Source: Acidobacteriota bacterium | GTDB lineage: Bacteria > Acidobacteriota > UBA6911 > RPQK01 > JAJDTT01 | Assembly: GCA_965263035.1 (NCBI GenBank) | Contig: OZ253580.1 | Span: forward strand, 1,024,001-1,088,000 | DNA: 64,000 nt | Direction of reading: 5' to 3' | Translations under genes and position numbers: made by a program | Part shown: positions 1-10,063 of the stretch, piece after piece | How the letters are laid out: each line of letters begins with the position of its first letter | Position numbering within the stretch: the stretch's first letter is position 1 | The notes under the pieces: generated by a model | Seen by the model: the letters and a program-made list of their open reading frames with translations, nothing else | What the model was told of the DNA's origin: nothing | Databases searched by the model: none

Positions 1-201
1 TTTCCAGGGCAGTTGAAAATGGAATCGCGTGTACGTCGGGAGACGGGTGTAGAGTTGGAGCAGTTGGGTCACCGAGTCAGGTGGTGGCCGGACTGGAGCT
101 GGCGGGCCGGCGGGGTTTGCACGATCATGGTCGATCAAGCCAGGGGCGTTCTACAGGGCGGAGCCGACCCGAGACGACCGGGATATGCCGTGGGCTGGTA
201 G
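1..201 (+). CDS. ggt: gamma-glutamyltransferase family protein, C-terminal part (runs off window start)
   Basis: Frame is open from base 1 and ends ...LQGGADPRRPGYAVGW, the typical GGT C-terminus (GADPRR). Confidence 0.85.
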   Translation, partial: FPGQLKMESRVRRETGVELEQLGHRVRWWPDWSWRAGGVCTIMVDQARGVLQGGADPRRPGYAVGW

Positions 202-442
202 TGATTATACGTATGACATCGCCGCGGACCTTAAACCGGCCGCCGTATGGGATTCAGGAGGAGGGAACTCTGATCGTAAAATCGCTGACTCCTGAACTCT
301 CCTATTGAAGGATTATATTCGAATAAATGAATTATAGTGGATTACAAGATGGGCGTGATTTCACAGGGTCACGTGCACTGCAACTCAACGACTCGACAGA
401 CGTTGGAGGTTTCCTTCAGCGGATTTACAGGGTAACTCCAGG

Positions 443-1450
443 TTAGCATTCGTCCAGCCGGCTCAAGTCAATCGGATTGGACCAGGCATAGCCATCCTCC
501 CCGTCCCATGACTCGACGCGCACATAGTGGCCGACTGTCTTACCCTTCTTCAAATAACCACGCTGGATGAATCTCTGGTTCATGGCCGAAACGCCCTCAG
601 GACTGGCCAACCCAAACAATGGCGCCCGGGCCTGCGTTAGTTTTTCGCCCGGTGCTGCAATTCGGCGCACACCGAGGTAGGGAACAGACGCGAACCAGAT
701 CCACCGTACGGGCGAAGTCTCCACACGGATCTCCCCGTCTACAACGGCAAGGTCCTTGATCCGCGGACCCGTCGTCGAATAGAACTGCCCGCGGCGCATG
801 GCGTCAAGAATAGCCGGTGCAGTGCACGACTCGGCCCGGACCATCACCCAAGCTTCGTACTGGTCGCGAAATGGCTGCTTTCCGAGGGGCAGGAAAGTCA
901 GCTCCGGCTTCCGGCCACTGTGTCGATCGTCACTGGCCACACCCCAGAGCAGGTGGCCGTTGGCAAGCAGTTCGTCCCATTGAGCGGTCGAGCGACCGCG
1001 GCGCCCGGTCCAGTAGTTGGGTGCGTTGAAGATCTCGATTCCGACCAGTCCGTTGAGCTGTGATATGGCGCTTGCATTGGCACCACTGAGGGACGGATGC
1101 GAGAGGAACGGAAGTCCCCCCTGCGCCAAAACATCATCAATAACCCGCTGCGGGGCGACCTTATGATTCTTGACCCGTTCTATACCAAGGGCCAGCACCT
1201 CCGCCGGGAAGGTTTCCTCCCAGTCCACGCGAATCTCGGCGCCGGGCATGACCAGAATCTCGGGTGAGCGGCTCTTGCTCACATCCGTCACCACGTTGTG
1301 GTCAGTGACGAACAGAAAATCGTAGCCATTGCGATCATAGCAAGCGGCCAATTCGGCAACGCTGAACTGACCATCGGAATTCGTTGTGTGGCTGTGAACA
1401 TTGCCCCTGTACCACTGGCCCGAACCGGCAAATGGGTTACCCGAAACCAT
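443..1450 (-). CDS. PHP-domain metallohydrolase (CehA/McbA-like)
   Basis: Motifs GNVHSHTTNSDG, FVTDHN, SHP, IEIFN, ASDDRH and C-terminal AWSNPI. Confidence 0.85.
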   Translation of the reverse strand: MVSGNPFAGSGQWYRGNVHSHTTNSDGQFSVAELAACYDRNGYDFLFVTDHNVVTDVSKSRSPEILVMPGAEIRVDWEETFPAEVLALGIERVKNHKVAPQRVIDDVLAQGGLPFLSHPSLSGANASAISQLNGLVGIEIFNAPNYWTGRRGRSTAQWDELLANGHLLWGVASDDRHSGRKPELTFLPLGKQPFRDQYEAWVMVRAESCTAPAILDAMRRGQFYSTTGPRIKDLAVVDGEIRVETSPVRWIWFASVPYLGVRRIAAPGEKLTQARAPLFGLASPEGVSAMNQRFIQRGYLKKGKTVGHYVRVESWDGEDGYAWSNPIDLSRLDEC

Positions 1451-1492
1451 AATGTACGTTCCTTGATTCCCTGGCGTGGTTTCCGTCCAAGA

Positions 1493-2917
1493 TCAAGCCC
1501 GACCTCCGATGGGCAAGAGTTCGACGCCTTCTCCCTCCTCGGGTTTCTTGATGCGAAACCGGACCGAGGTCACTTCGGCTCCGTGGGGACCGAATCTGTT
1601 TTTGAAGCCTTCCCGCTGGCCCACCATGAAGATAGAGCCGTCCTCCAGAACGCAGGCGCTCGGATAGTAGGACTTGGGATCACACGTGTAGCCACGTCCC
1701 GGCGCCGGTTTCACCCAGGTCCTCCCACTGTCGCGGCTGTAGATCACCTCCCCGTTGTTCGCCACCAGATGGGTATCGCTGCCGAGTTTGTGTCGGCCTC
1801 CAAATACGACGACGGCGACTCCGTCGGGTGTCACGACCACGTCCCCTTTTCTGTACAGCTTGGGCCCGCGATACTCGCTTCCAAAGTTGGGGTCTTCGAC
1901 AATGGGGTCGGTCAGGAGCAGACGTGGCGGGGACCAGGTCCGACCGTCGTCGTACGACTGATACCAAGCCGAGGTCGGCCTGCAAGGGAAACCCAGGCTG
2001 CCATCCGGCAAGTAGGCGGCCGTGCCCTCATCCGCATCGAAGTCATTGCTCCCAATCACCGACACGGTCGACCACGTGCGGCCCTTATCCTCAGAGCGCA
2101 TGAGTAACATGAGCCAGCGAGGGTCTTCGCTGGGCCAGCCTTTGCCCCCGGGAATGGGTGAGCCGGCGGCCAATATCATCAGCGCGCCGTCCTTAGCCTC
2201 AAACATACTGTGGGGAGCGTCCATGAACAAGGGCCCCACGAAGCGGGTCACCTCCTTCCACGTGTAACCGTTATCATCGCTTCGAAAGATAAGGGTTTTC
2301 GACTGCCTATTGGCCGCAATCCGGGCAAATTCAAGGGGTGTCGCGGGCATCCGCCTCCAGTATCCCCAATGGGCTTCCAGCCGCGCACCTGCAAATATCG
2401 TTCCGTCCCTCAGCTGCACCACGTGATTCATTACATAAGCGCCACGCACCACCGGAAAGGAACGGGGCCGGCTCCAGGTTTTCCCCTCGTCCCGGCTGCG
2501 GATCCACATCATTCTTCCGCCGTCGGGCGCATCCCAGTCCAAGAGCCAGGACTGGTCCGGCCGTTTCCAGCGCTCCATCGCCTCAGGAGGAATGTCCCAG
2601 GGGGTGGGCCAGGAAGCGTGCCAATAACCGGCTGAGAAGGTCACGAACAGGTCGCCGTTCTGCAGCCGGCACACCGTCGGCCACCCACAGTAACCGCCAA
2701 ACCCGCGGAAAGGTTCCGGCGGGTTGACGTCGGGCGAGACGATGATCCGTCGATACTTCTCGAAATCCATCGCGCGTTCATCGCCCGTAATCAGAGCGTC
2801 AACAGGTGGAATGGAAGCCGCGGGCGACTTCTTTGTACCTGCTCTGACGAGACTGGTTGTTGCCAAAGCGGTTGCTGCAGCGGACAGATATTCCCGGCGG
2901 GTCAATTGGACGGCCAT
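1493..2917 (-). CDS. Tat-exported BNR/Asp-box sialidase-like beta-propeller protein
   Basis: TRREYL twin-arginine leader; Asp-boxes SRDEGKTW, SDDNGYTW, SEDKGRTW, SYDDGRTW, SRDSGRTW. ATG 2917 chosen for its purine-rich RBS. Confidence 0.8.
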   Translation of the reverse strand: MAVQLTRREYLSAAATALATTSLVRAGTKKSPAASIPPVDALITGDERAMDFEKYRRIIVSPDVNPPEPFRGFGGYCGWPTVCRLQNGDLFVTFSAGYWHASWPTPWDIPPEAMERWKRPDQSWLLDWDAPDGGRMMWIRSRDEGKTWSRPRSFPVVRGAYVMNHVVQLRDGTIFAGARLEAHWGYWRRMPATPLEFARIAANRQSKTLIFRSDDNGYTWKEVTRFVGPLFMDAPHSMFEAKDGALMILAAGSPIPGGKGWPSEDPRWLMLLMRSEDKGRTWSTVSVIGSNDFDADEGTAAYLPDGSLGFPCRPTSAWYQSYDDGRTWSPPRLLLTDPIVEDPNFGSEYRGPKLYRKGDVVVTPDGVAVVVFGGRHKLGSDTHLVANNGEVIYSRDSGRTWVKPAPGRGYTCDPKSYYPSACVLEDGSIFMVGQREGFKNRFGPHGAEVTSVRFRIKKPEEGEGVELLPIGGRA

Positions 2918-3631
2918 CTCTTTGCCCCCTCGTTTTGCTGAATTGAAATATAAAGACCTCGGCATGAGAAAATCTCAGTGACTGCTATTTTTTTATAACA
3001 TATAAAGTTTCGCCTGACGATTACGTGTGCCATCAACCGATCTGCTCGTGCCATCAGGACTTCCAGGATCTCCCACCGGTCTCCTCGTGGGTCCATCACC
3101 AGCGGCGTCTCGGACTCCACCCGACGGAGGGGCGGCCATCTCCAGCAGATTATCCCTTAACCACTCTCTCAGACCTTTCGATTCATCTGTCGACTCCACC
3201 GTTCCACGGCTTTTTTCACTCCAAACCCCTCTTCCAACGTTGGGATCATCTCACCAAGCCGGGCCGAGGCTCGATCCTGAACCCTGTAAATCACCTTCCA
3301 GACCAATCAAGCCCCAGTCTGAGGCACTCCCGCGGAAACACTTCCCGAATACTTCCAAATAACTCGCCTGCCGGTCAGGAGCCCACGCTTTTCGAAGCCG
3401 ACAGTTTCCTTATTCTTGGAGAATTCCGACCCTTTCTACTTCTCCGATCTCATTGCCCTACAGGTATTAACTTCTTGAGGCAATACTGCCTTAATATTTA
3501 GAAAAAATCGTGTCGTCCCAAAACCGTAGATTGATATCGCTAACGTAAAAGTGACCCACCCCAATCAGACCTTGGTTCTAGGCTGTTGGTGACAAACAAG
3601 CAGTCAGAACGGAGGTCGGAAGTTGATTGGG

Positions 3632-5152
3632 ATGGGTCAGTACGAGCTTATCAGAACGGCGCACCGCGTATACGGCAAGAGTATCCGTCAGATCCAACGG
3701 GAGACGGGGCATCACCGGGTGACGATTCGCAAGGCGTTGAGGGGATTGGAGCCGAAGTACCGGCGAGTCAAGCCGGTCCCCCATCCGGTGATGGGTCCGG
3801 TGACGGAGACGGTCAAGCGGTGGTTGCAGGAAGATCGGGAGCGGCCGGTCAAGCAGCGGCACACAGCGCGGCGGATCTACACCCGGCTGGTGGAAGAAGA
3901 GGGCTTTCAGGGGAGTGAGACGACGGTGCGGCGCTCTCGTGCGGGAATGGAAAGCGGCCCAGGGCTGGGGGCGGAAGGAGGCGGTGGTGCCGTGGGATCC
4001 GGAGGCCGCCCGCGATGCCGAGGTGGATTGGGGGACGGCCTGGGGGCGGATGGCCGGACAGCGGCGGCGAATCAAGCTCTTCGCGATGCGTTCCCGGTAT
4101 TCGGGCAAGGCGTTCGTCCGAGCCTACCCGTGGGAGCGAGACCGAGATGTTCTTCGATGCCCACATGCAGGCCTTCGAGTACTTCGGAGGCGTCTTTCCG
4201 GAACTGCTCTACGACAACCTGAGCCTGTCGGTTCGGCGGATTCTGCGAGGCAAGCAGCGGACCGAGCAGGAGCGCTTCGTCTGCTTTCGAAGTTACTACA
4301 CGTACCGGGCCCGGTTCTGCACCCCGGGTCAAGGACGGGAGAAGGGGGGGGGAGGGGCTCATCGGCTTTGCCCGCCGGAACTTCTTGGTGCCGGTGCCTG
4401 AAGTGGCCGACTTCCAGGAGCTCAACGAGCAGTTGCTCGGACGCTGTCAGGAGCAGGGCAGCCGAAGGATCCGGGGTCGGGAGGATGCCCGCAGCATCGA
4501 GGAGCGCTTCGAGGCGGAGCGAGCGTCGCTGCTGCCGCTGCCGGAGTCTCCCTTCGAGAACACGAAGGTTCTGCGGGTCCGAGTGGACCGGTACCAGACG
4601 GTGAACGTGGACCGCAATCGCTACTCGGTGCCGGGGGCCTACGTGGGACGGTGGCTCCGGGCCCATGTGGGCTGCGAGAAGGTCGAAGTCTACGCCCAGG
4701 AACGGAAGCTGGTCGAGCACGAGCGGATCTTCGCCAACAGCAAGTGGCAGATCGACCCCCGGCACTACCTGGATCTGATCCAACAACGGGTGGGGGCCTT
4801 CGAGAGGGCCCGGCCGATCCTCCAGTGGCGGGCTCGCTGGCCCCAGAGTTACGAAGTGCTGCTGCAGACCCTGCGCCAGAAACGGGGCGAGAACGCCGGC
4901 ACCCGGGAGTTCGTCCGGATCTTGAAGCTGCACCGAGAGCATGAATCTCCGCTGGTGGAGCGAGCCGTCGCGACAGCGCTCGAGCACCACTGTCCCGGAT
5001 ACGAGTCGATCCGCCACCTGATCGGACTGGAATCGAGCCCGCTGCGGGTGCTGGCGCCGCTGCCCCAGGACCGGATACCCGGGGTGACGGACCAAGCGGT
5101 GAGTCGGACCCGGGTCGAGGCCTTCAACGCCTTGCTGGCGGAGGCGCCATGA
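3632..5152 (+). pseudogene. istA: IS21 transposase IstA, about three frameshifts
   Basis: N-terminal HTH (SIRQIQRETGHHRVTIRKAL), QRHTARRIYTRL, EVDWG, YDNL, EKG, VDRNRYSVP spread over ORFs 3623, 3915, 4015 and 4385. Frameshifts could be real or sequencing errors. Confidence 0.9.
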
Positions 5153-5477
5153 ACCGGGCCAGTGAGCGCGTCCTGTTGGAGGATTGTCTGAAGCAACTGC
5201 GCCTGCCGGCCATGCTCCGAGAGTATCCGGCCTGTGCCCGCCAAGCGCGAGAATCGGGTCAGAGATACGAGGGCTTCTTGTTGGACCTGCCCCACCGGGA
5301 GTTGGAACAACGTCTGGCCAACCGGCTCAAGCACCGGCTCAAGGAAGCCCGGTTTCCGATGCTGAAGACGTTGGAGAAGACCGATCTCACGCGGTGGCCC
5401 TCGCTGGACGGTAGGGAGATCCGGGAGTTGGCCGCAGGAGACTGGATCAAGCAGCACGAGAATCTCGTCTTGCTGGG
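5149..5477 (+). pseudogene. istB: IS21 helper ATPase IstB, 5' part (interrupted)
   Basis: ATGA overlap with istA; LKQLRLPAM...RLKEARFP...ENLVLLG, cut at the start of Walker A. Confidence 0.92.
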
Positions 5478-5511
5478 CCGTCCCGATCCAGTGACATACT
5501 GCACCACCTTT
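5474..5511 (-). promoter_or_regulatory. Orphan RBS plus ATG at the element end (first 8 codons MSLDRDGP of a split gene)
   Basis: Minus strand reads TAG(recombinase stop)-AAAGGTGGTGCAGT-ATG at 5497; in frame with the start-less ORF at the other end after circularisation. Confidence 0.7.
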
Positions 5512-7597
5512 CTACATCGTTGATGTCATGAGACTTAACTGTGACGCGTTGGCACCTCGCGGAACTCTTCTGCCGCTTCGAATGGCCTCGGCGGCTCGTT
5601 GGACTGCTTCAGATCGCAAGTCCGAGTACCGAATCTAACAGGGTGCCATGGCCACCACCTGCCGTGCTGGCAGGAGTTTGCGGCCAACCAGCTTGCGTAC
5701 GGAACTGGGGCTGATGCCCGGTTGCGAAGCCGCTTCTTCCATGTTGCAGAACTCGTGAAGGCGTTGCGAGAAGGCCGGGATGCGCCGATAGTTGCGCAAG
5801 CTGCGAACACGAGTCTCGTTCCAGCTGTGCCCTCGTCCCGTCTTCTTGCCCATTCGGTTCAGGATCCGGGCGATCTGATCGTCACTCACCTGCCGGGCCA
5901 ACTGGCGAACCAACTTCACCACGTCCTCCTCGGTGCAGTAGCGATGGCGACCGGTGGAGTTCTTTCGTACCTGCAGCCGCGTGTGTTTGCCCCCGCGCCA
6001 GCGGATGATCAACTCCACCTGCCGCCTACCCTGATCCCCGCTCGCAATGATCTCTTCAATCAACCTGCGTGCGATCCGCTTCTTGATCCGATTGTCGGTG
6101 ACGGCATCGGACCAGAGCGCTGGAAACTGCTCGGCTAGCCGTAGCAGTTCCACTCGATACGGTCCCAGCGAACTCGACTGTTCCTGCTCGATCTGCTCCA
6201 GCCGGGACTGCACTTGGCGAACTCTCTTCAGGGCTTCGTTCCACTTCCGCTCCAGCGTCGCAGCCACCAGCCGGTTCTCTGGGTCGACCGCATCGTACTG
6301 TCGCTCTCGTCCGTCTTGCCTGGTAGCGCAATTGCTCGAGTTCGCGCTCCAGGAGTTCTCGTTTCAACCGGTCTCGCTCGGAGGCTTCCTCTTCCACTCG
6401 CAGAGCCGCCTCGATCGCTCCTGGGGACACCACTCGCACGATCTCCCGCCCAACGGCCTGGTCGACCTTGCGTCCACCAAACGAGATGCAACCGGCGACT
6501 CCGTGGTTGATCTGCCCCCCTCGACAATGGTAGCGGGGGATCCGTCCCCCAACCCCAGCGTAGGCCACGTGCAGCCGACGACCGCAGTGCCCACACAACA
6601 GCAGGCCCGCCAGCAAACTCTTTCCCGAACGAACGGCTCCCTTCGCCATTTTGCCTCGCATCTGAGCGTTGTCGGCCAAGAGGCGTTGATTCCCTTCAAA
6701 GCGCTTCCAGTCGATGTAGCCTGGGTGATGTTCCTGGAGCCAGACCGTCCACTGTTCCGGGTGGGCCCGGGACCGAATCCGTTTGCGAGCTTGACCGTCC
6801 TTCAAGTAGGTCTCGGTCCAGGTGCGCCCCCAGGCGTAGGCTCCCGTGTACAGGGGGTTCTTCAACAACCTCAACACCGTGCTGTAGACGGGCAGCTTCC
6901 ACACGGTCTCCCAACCCCATGCGCTGTGCCGTTTCACGGGCAACTGGATCCTTTCTTGCCGATACCAGAGCAGGGTCTGACGGGCGCTGCCCGTCTCGGA
7001 GAATTTAGCAAACACTCCCTGAATACTTTCCTGCACCCGGCGGTCCGGATCCTTCTCCAGACGCCCGTTCGGGGTCAGGACGAAACCCACGGGCAAAGAG
7101 GTGTACAGCTCTCCCCGAGCCGCTTTGCTCAGCAGTCCCTGTTGGGCGCGCTGCCGGAGCAGGCTCAGCTCCGCCTCGCTCAGCGTTCCCTTCAACCCGA
7201 GAAGCAGTCGGTCGTTGCTGAGACGCGGATCGTAGACGTCCTCGCTGTCGACGATCAGGGTACGCGTCAGCGAGCACAGGTCCTGCAATCGGTACCCGTC
7301 GGCATTGTTGCGAGCCAGTCGAGAGGCGTCCAGGCTAAAGATGGCTCCACTTCGTCCCAGGCTGACCTCGGTGGTCAAGCGTTGAAAGCCCACCCGATCG
7401 ACCGTGGAGGCGCCCGAGCGCCCCTGATCCTCGTCGATGACCTCGGCTTGGCTCCATCCGAAGTCTTTGGCTTGGCCACCAGCTGGTACTGCACAGTCGG
7501 CGGCCTCCTGGTGGCAACGGACTTGCTGCAGGCTCGACTGGCGCACGTACACGTAGGCTTTGCGTCTCAGATGATCCTCAGTGATCTTCCCTCTCAT
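5512..7597 (-). pseudogene. Large serine recombinase (resolvase + recombinase + Zn-ribbon + C-terminal HTH), frameshifted
   Basis: KITEDHLRRKAYVYVRQSS catalytic motif, DEDQGRSG, SRLARN, DRLLLGLKGTLSEAEL, NPLYTGAY, CGHCGRRL Zn ribbon. Frameshift near 6300, premature TAG at 5635-5637, and the same frame continues to TAG at 5512. Confidence 0.9.
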
Positions 7598-7736
7598 CGG
7601 CGTCCTCCTTTCGCCCTCGCCAGGCCTGCTCGAGTAGCTGAGCCATCAGACGCAGCAGTTTCTTCCGGGTCGAAGGGGGGAGCTGGTGCCACTCGGGCTG
7701 GTTGGGGGTTGCAAACGCGAGCTCCTTTTGCTTCAT
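7578..7736 (-). CDS. 52-aa accessory protein upstream of the recombinase (below ORF-track cutoff)
   Basis: GGAGGA RBS; MKQKELAFATPNQPEWHQLPPSTRKKLLRLMAQLLEQAWRGRKEDADEREDH; overlaps the recombinase start. Confidence 0.6.
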   Translation of the reverse strand: MKQKELAFATPNQPEWHQLPPSTRKKLLRLMAQLLEQAWRGRKEDADEREDH

Positions 7737-8052
7737 GCCGTCCTCCCGGGGGAAGGTTGCCCCGGGCGGTCTGACAATCCGACTTCGACCCGAAGGTCTC
7801 GATCAGGTCCTGGAGTTCTTGCAAGGCGCAGACGCTGCAACGCGGCTGGTCGTCGACCCGACCCACTGCCGCAGCTTCGGGCTGGCAAATCCAGCGTGGG
7901 ATCTTCGCGTGAGTGCCGTCCGGGAGCCGGCAGGTGAACCACTCACCCCACTGTCCGTGACGAGGATGTGCGGCCAGTTCAAGGTCTCGTCCTGCTAAGG
8001 GGTGAATGGGGTAGTGGATTCTAACGGAGGTCCCAATGTGAGCATTGTGTCG
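7594..8052 (-). CDS. Start-less accessory ORF (Y4bD/DUF5372-like by recollection of its HP-HPL-G / LPDG-IP-W motifs)
   Basis: RHNAHIGTSVRIHYPIHPLAGRD...CRLPDGTHAKIPRW...CSVCALQELQDLIE; no ATG inside the element before the conserved part; stop overlaps the recombinase ATG (ATGA). Confidence 0.6.
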   Translation of the reverse strand, partial: RHNAHIGTSVRIHYPIHPLAGRDLELAAHPRHGQWGEWFTCRLPDGTHAKIPRWICQPEAAAVGRVDDQPRCSVCALQELQDLIETFGSKSDCQTARGNLPPGGRHEAKGARVCNPQPARVAPAPPFDPEETAASDGSATRAGLARAKGGRR

Positions 8053-8056
8053 TGGG

Positions 8057-8564
8057 TCCGTCCGGCACGGGCAAGACCCATGCGGCGATCGCCCTGGGTG
8101 TGGAGGGCTGCCGTCGCGGTTACCGGGTGTTGTTCTCGACGGCGGCCCAGCTGGTGAACCAACTGGTGGAAGCGCGGGAGGAGCGGACCCTGGAACGACT
8201 GCAGCGGCGCCTCGACCGCTTTTCGCTTCTGATCGTGGACGAGCTCGGCTACATCCCCTTCTCTCAGGAAGGGGCGCAGCTCCTGTTCCAGGTCTTTGCC
8301 AACCGCTACGAGAGGGCTTCGCTGCTGGTGACCTCGAACCTGGCCTTTGCGGAGTGGATCCAGGTGTTCCTGGATGCTCCCCTGACGGCGGCATTGCTGG
8401 ACCGTTTGACGCATCATTGGCACATTCATGAGTTCGACTGGGAGAGTCTCCGCTTGGCCGAGAGCTTGAAACGGCAGCAGAAGAAACGGCGCCCAACCGC
8501 CGGATGGCCGCCGGACCTCCCGGTGACCGTGGGGAAGGAAACCCATCCCGAGGAGGGTCGGTAG
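8057..8564 (+). pseudogene. istB: IS21 helper ATPase IstB, 3' part
   Basis: PSGTGKTH Walker A, LLIVDELGY Walker B, TSNL, AALLDRLTHH, GES-like WESLRL. Confidence 0.93.
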
Positions 8565-9169
8565 TGTCCTCGGGGCTGGCCTCTGTCGGGGAGCCCAGGG
8601 CTCGCTGTTCAAGACCCCCGTCGGGTCCCAGTCGTCGGGATACCAACAGGAAGAATAGAAAATCTCTGGAGTTTTGGACTTATTTTTTTGCCCTGTGGTG
8701 GGTCACTTTTGCGTGATCACGCCGGGTCACTTTTGCATTGACGTTTCCAGTAGATAGACTGTCTAGTTACAGATTAGTCTTTCAGGAGTAGGACTTGCTT
8801 GCCTTGGACCTGCAGAATTCGTGTGATTCAGACTCTTACTTCCGCGGAAGGCACTCTGGATGATATCTTGGGAATTATCCGCTGGTATTGGGGCCATTTT
8901 CTCTGCTGGATGAATCCTGTACACCAACCTGCCGGAGAAGCTCCACGTCGCTGAGTCCGCTAGAACGGTCCCAGAGTGACGTCCGGTCACGAGTAGGAGC
9001 TGCTGGAAGTCACATGATGTTGGAAAGGCGTCGTCGTCGAGTCGTGCGCCTGCTTGCAAGACGAACCAGAAAAACCCGATGTTACGAAGCGTGAGATTAG
9101 AAGGAGGCCGACTCAAGTCTCGGTTTTGTTGCTCCCCCTCCTTCGCAGTGGCTGGCATTTGAATCAAGC

Positions 9170-9530
9170 TCCCTTCTTCTTTGAGGACCATTATGAGCGT
9201 TCAGGTGTCTCGTTCCGGTGTAATAGATCGGCCACAGGTGAGAAATACCTGATTGAAACCATGGGTGGGGGAGTCGGGCTGCTGGACTACGACTTCGATG
9301 GCATCCTCGACATTTTGTTGCGAACGGTTCTCACCTGCCCCAGGGATTAGTGGATACCAAGGAGGGCAAATATTCGAATCGTCTCTATCGCGGTCTCGGC
9401 AATGGAAAATTTGAGGACACCACTCGAGTGGCGGGATTGGCGGCGAGCACATAAGCCATGGGTGTGGCCACGGGTGACTACAACAACGACGGCTACCCTG
9501 GGAACCATCCACCTTTCGACGGGGAATCTC
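9170..9530 (+). pseudogene. CRTAC1/ASPIC-UnbV FG-GAP protein fragment
   Basis: KYLIETMGGGVGLLDYDFDG and, in a shifted frame, MGVATGDYNNDGYP; frameshifted and truncated. Confidence 0.75.
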
Positions 9531-9569
9531 TAATGGGAGATTCGTCGTAACGACGAAGCGCTGTCAGCG

Positions 9570-9830
9570 TTGCAAAAAGGCATCGAAAAGGACTCGCATA
9601 AACCGCTCTCCCTTTATCAGATCGGGGATATACTGTTGCTCCGAGGCAAGTTGGAACAGGCAGAGGTATACCTGTCTCGAGCGCTGGGCCTGGACCCGGA
9701 GACGATAGAGGCTCTTTTGGCCATGGCAGGCGTCTGTAGCTTGAAACGTGACTGCGAGGAATCCGTGAAGCATTTGAAAGCAGCCGCGAAGCTGCGCCCG
9801 AATGACCCTCAGTTTCATTTTCGGTTATAG
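9570..9830 (+). pseudogene. TPR-repeat protein fragment
   Basis: LYQIGDILLLRGKLEQAEVYLSRALGLDP and HLKAAAKLRPNDP; no credible start or full length. Confidence 0.6.
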
Positions 9831-10063
9831 GAAACCTATCGAAATCTGGCCCCCCTCCGGACGCCCAGAGCGAATTAAACCTTTGCCGAGAGTTGAACGC
9901 CGCACAGGAAAAGCCGTGACTTTCCTTTCGCGAAAAAGACGGCCTTGAAACCGTCGACAGGGAGCTGATGCCAAGGTAACCCAAAAGCCGATAGGCTTCG
10001 CTTCCATTGGAATCGGGCAGACCACAATTTGGGTCAAGATCGATCGCTCAATTGTAGACTTCC

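Larger units (their letters stand above)
5474..8056 (-). mobile_element. Minimal large-serine-recombinase integrative element (2,579-bp unit)
   Basis: TGGG core repeated at 5474-5477 and 8053-8056; no terminal inverted repeats; precise removal restores istB as LLGPSGTGKT in frame. Confidence 0.88.
3532..8749 (+). mobile_element. IS21-family insertion sequence (degenerate, interrupted by a recombinase element)
   Basis: Ends TGATATCGCTAACGTAAAAGTGACCC and (reverse complement) TGGAAACGTCAATGCAAAAGTGACCC; a second GGGTCACTTTTGC subterminal repeat near 8700; 6-bp TSD GTAGAT at 3526-3531 and 8750-8755; contains istA and istB. Confidence 0.95.

Noticed and set aside
2966-3525. Short ORFs here and at 8763-9191 and 32930-33290
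   Set aside because: No recognisable motifs or coherent frames; possibly eroded remnants but not callable.
5478-8063. CCGTCC (5478-5483, 8058-8063) as the recombination core or TSD
   Set aside because: Crossover there puts both istB and the circle ORF out of frame by one base; TGGG restores both.
7594-8646. 350-aa minus-strand ORF as a real gene
   Set aside because: Its first ~198 codons are low-complexity antisense of istB outside the element; only the part from 8052 down looks protein-like.
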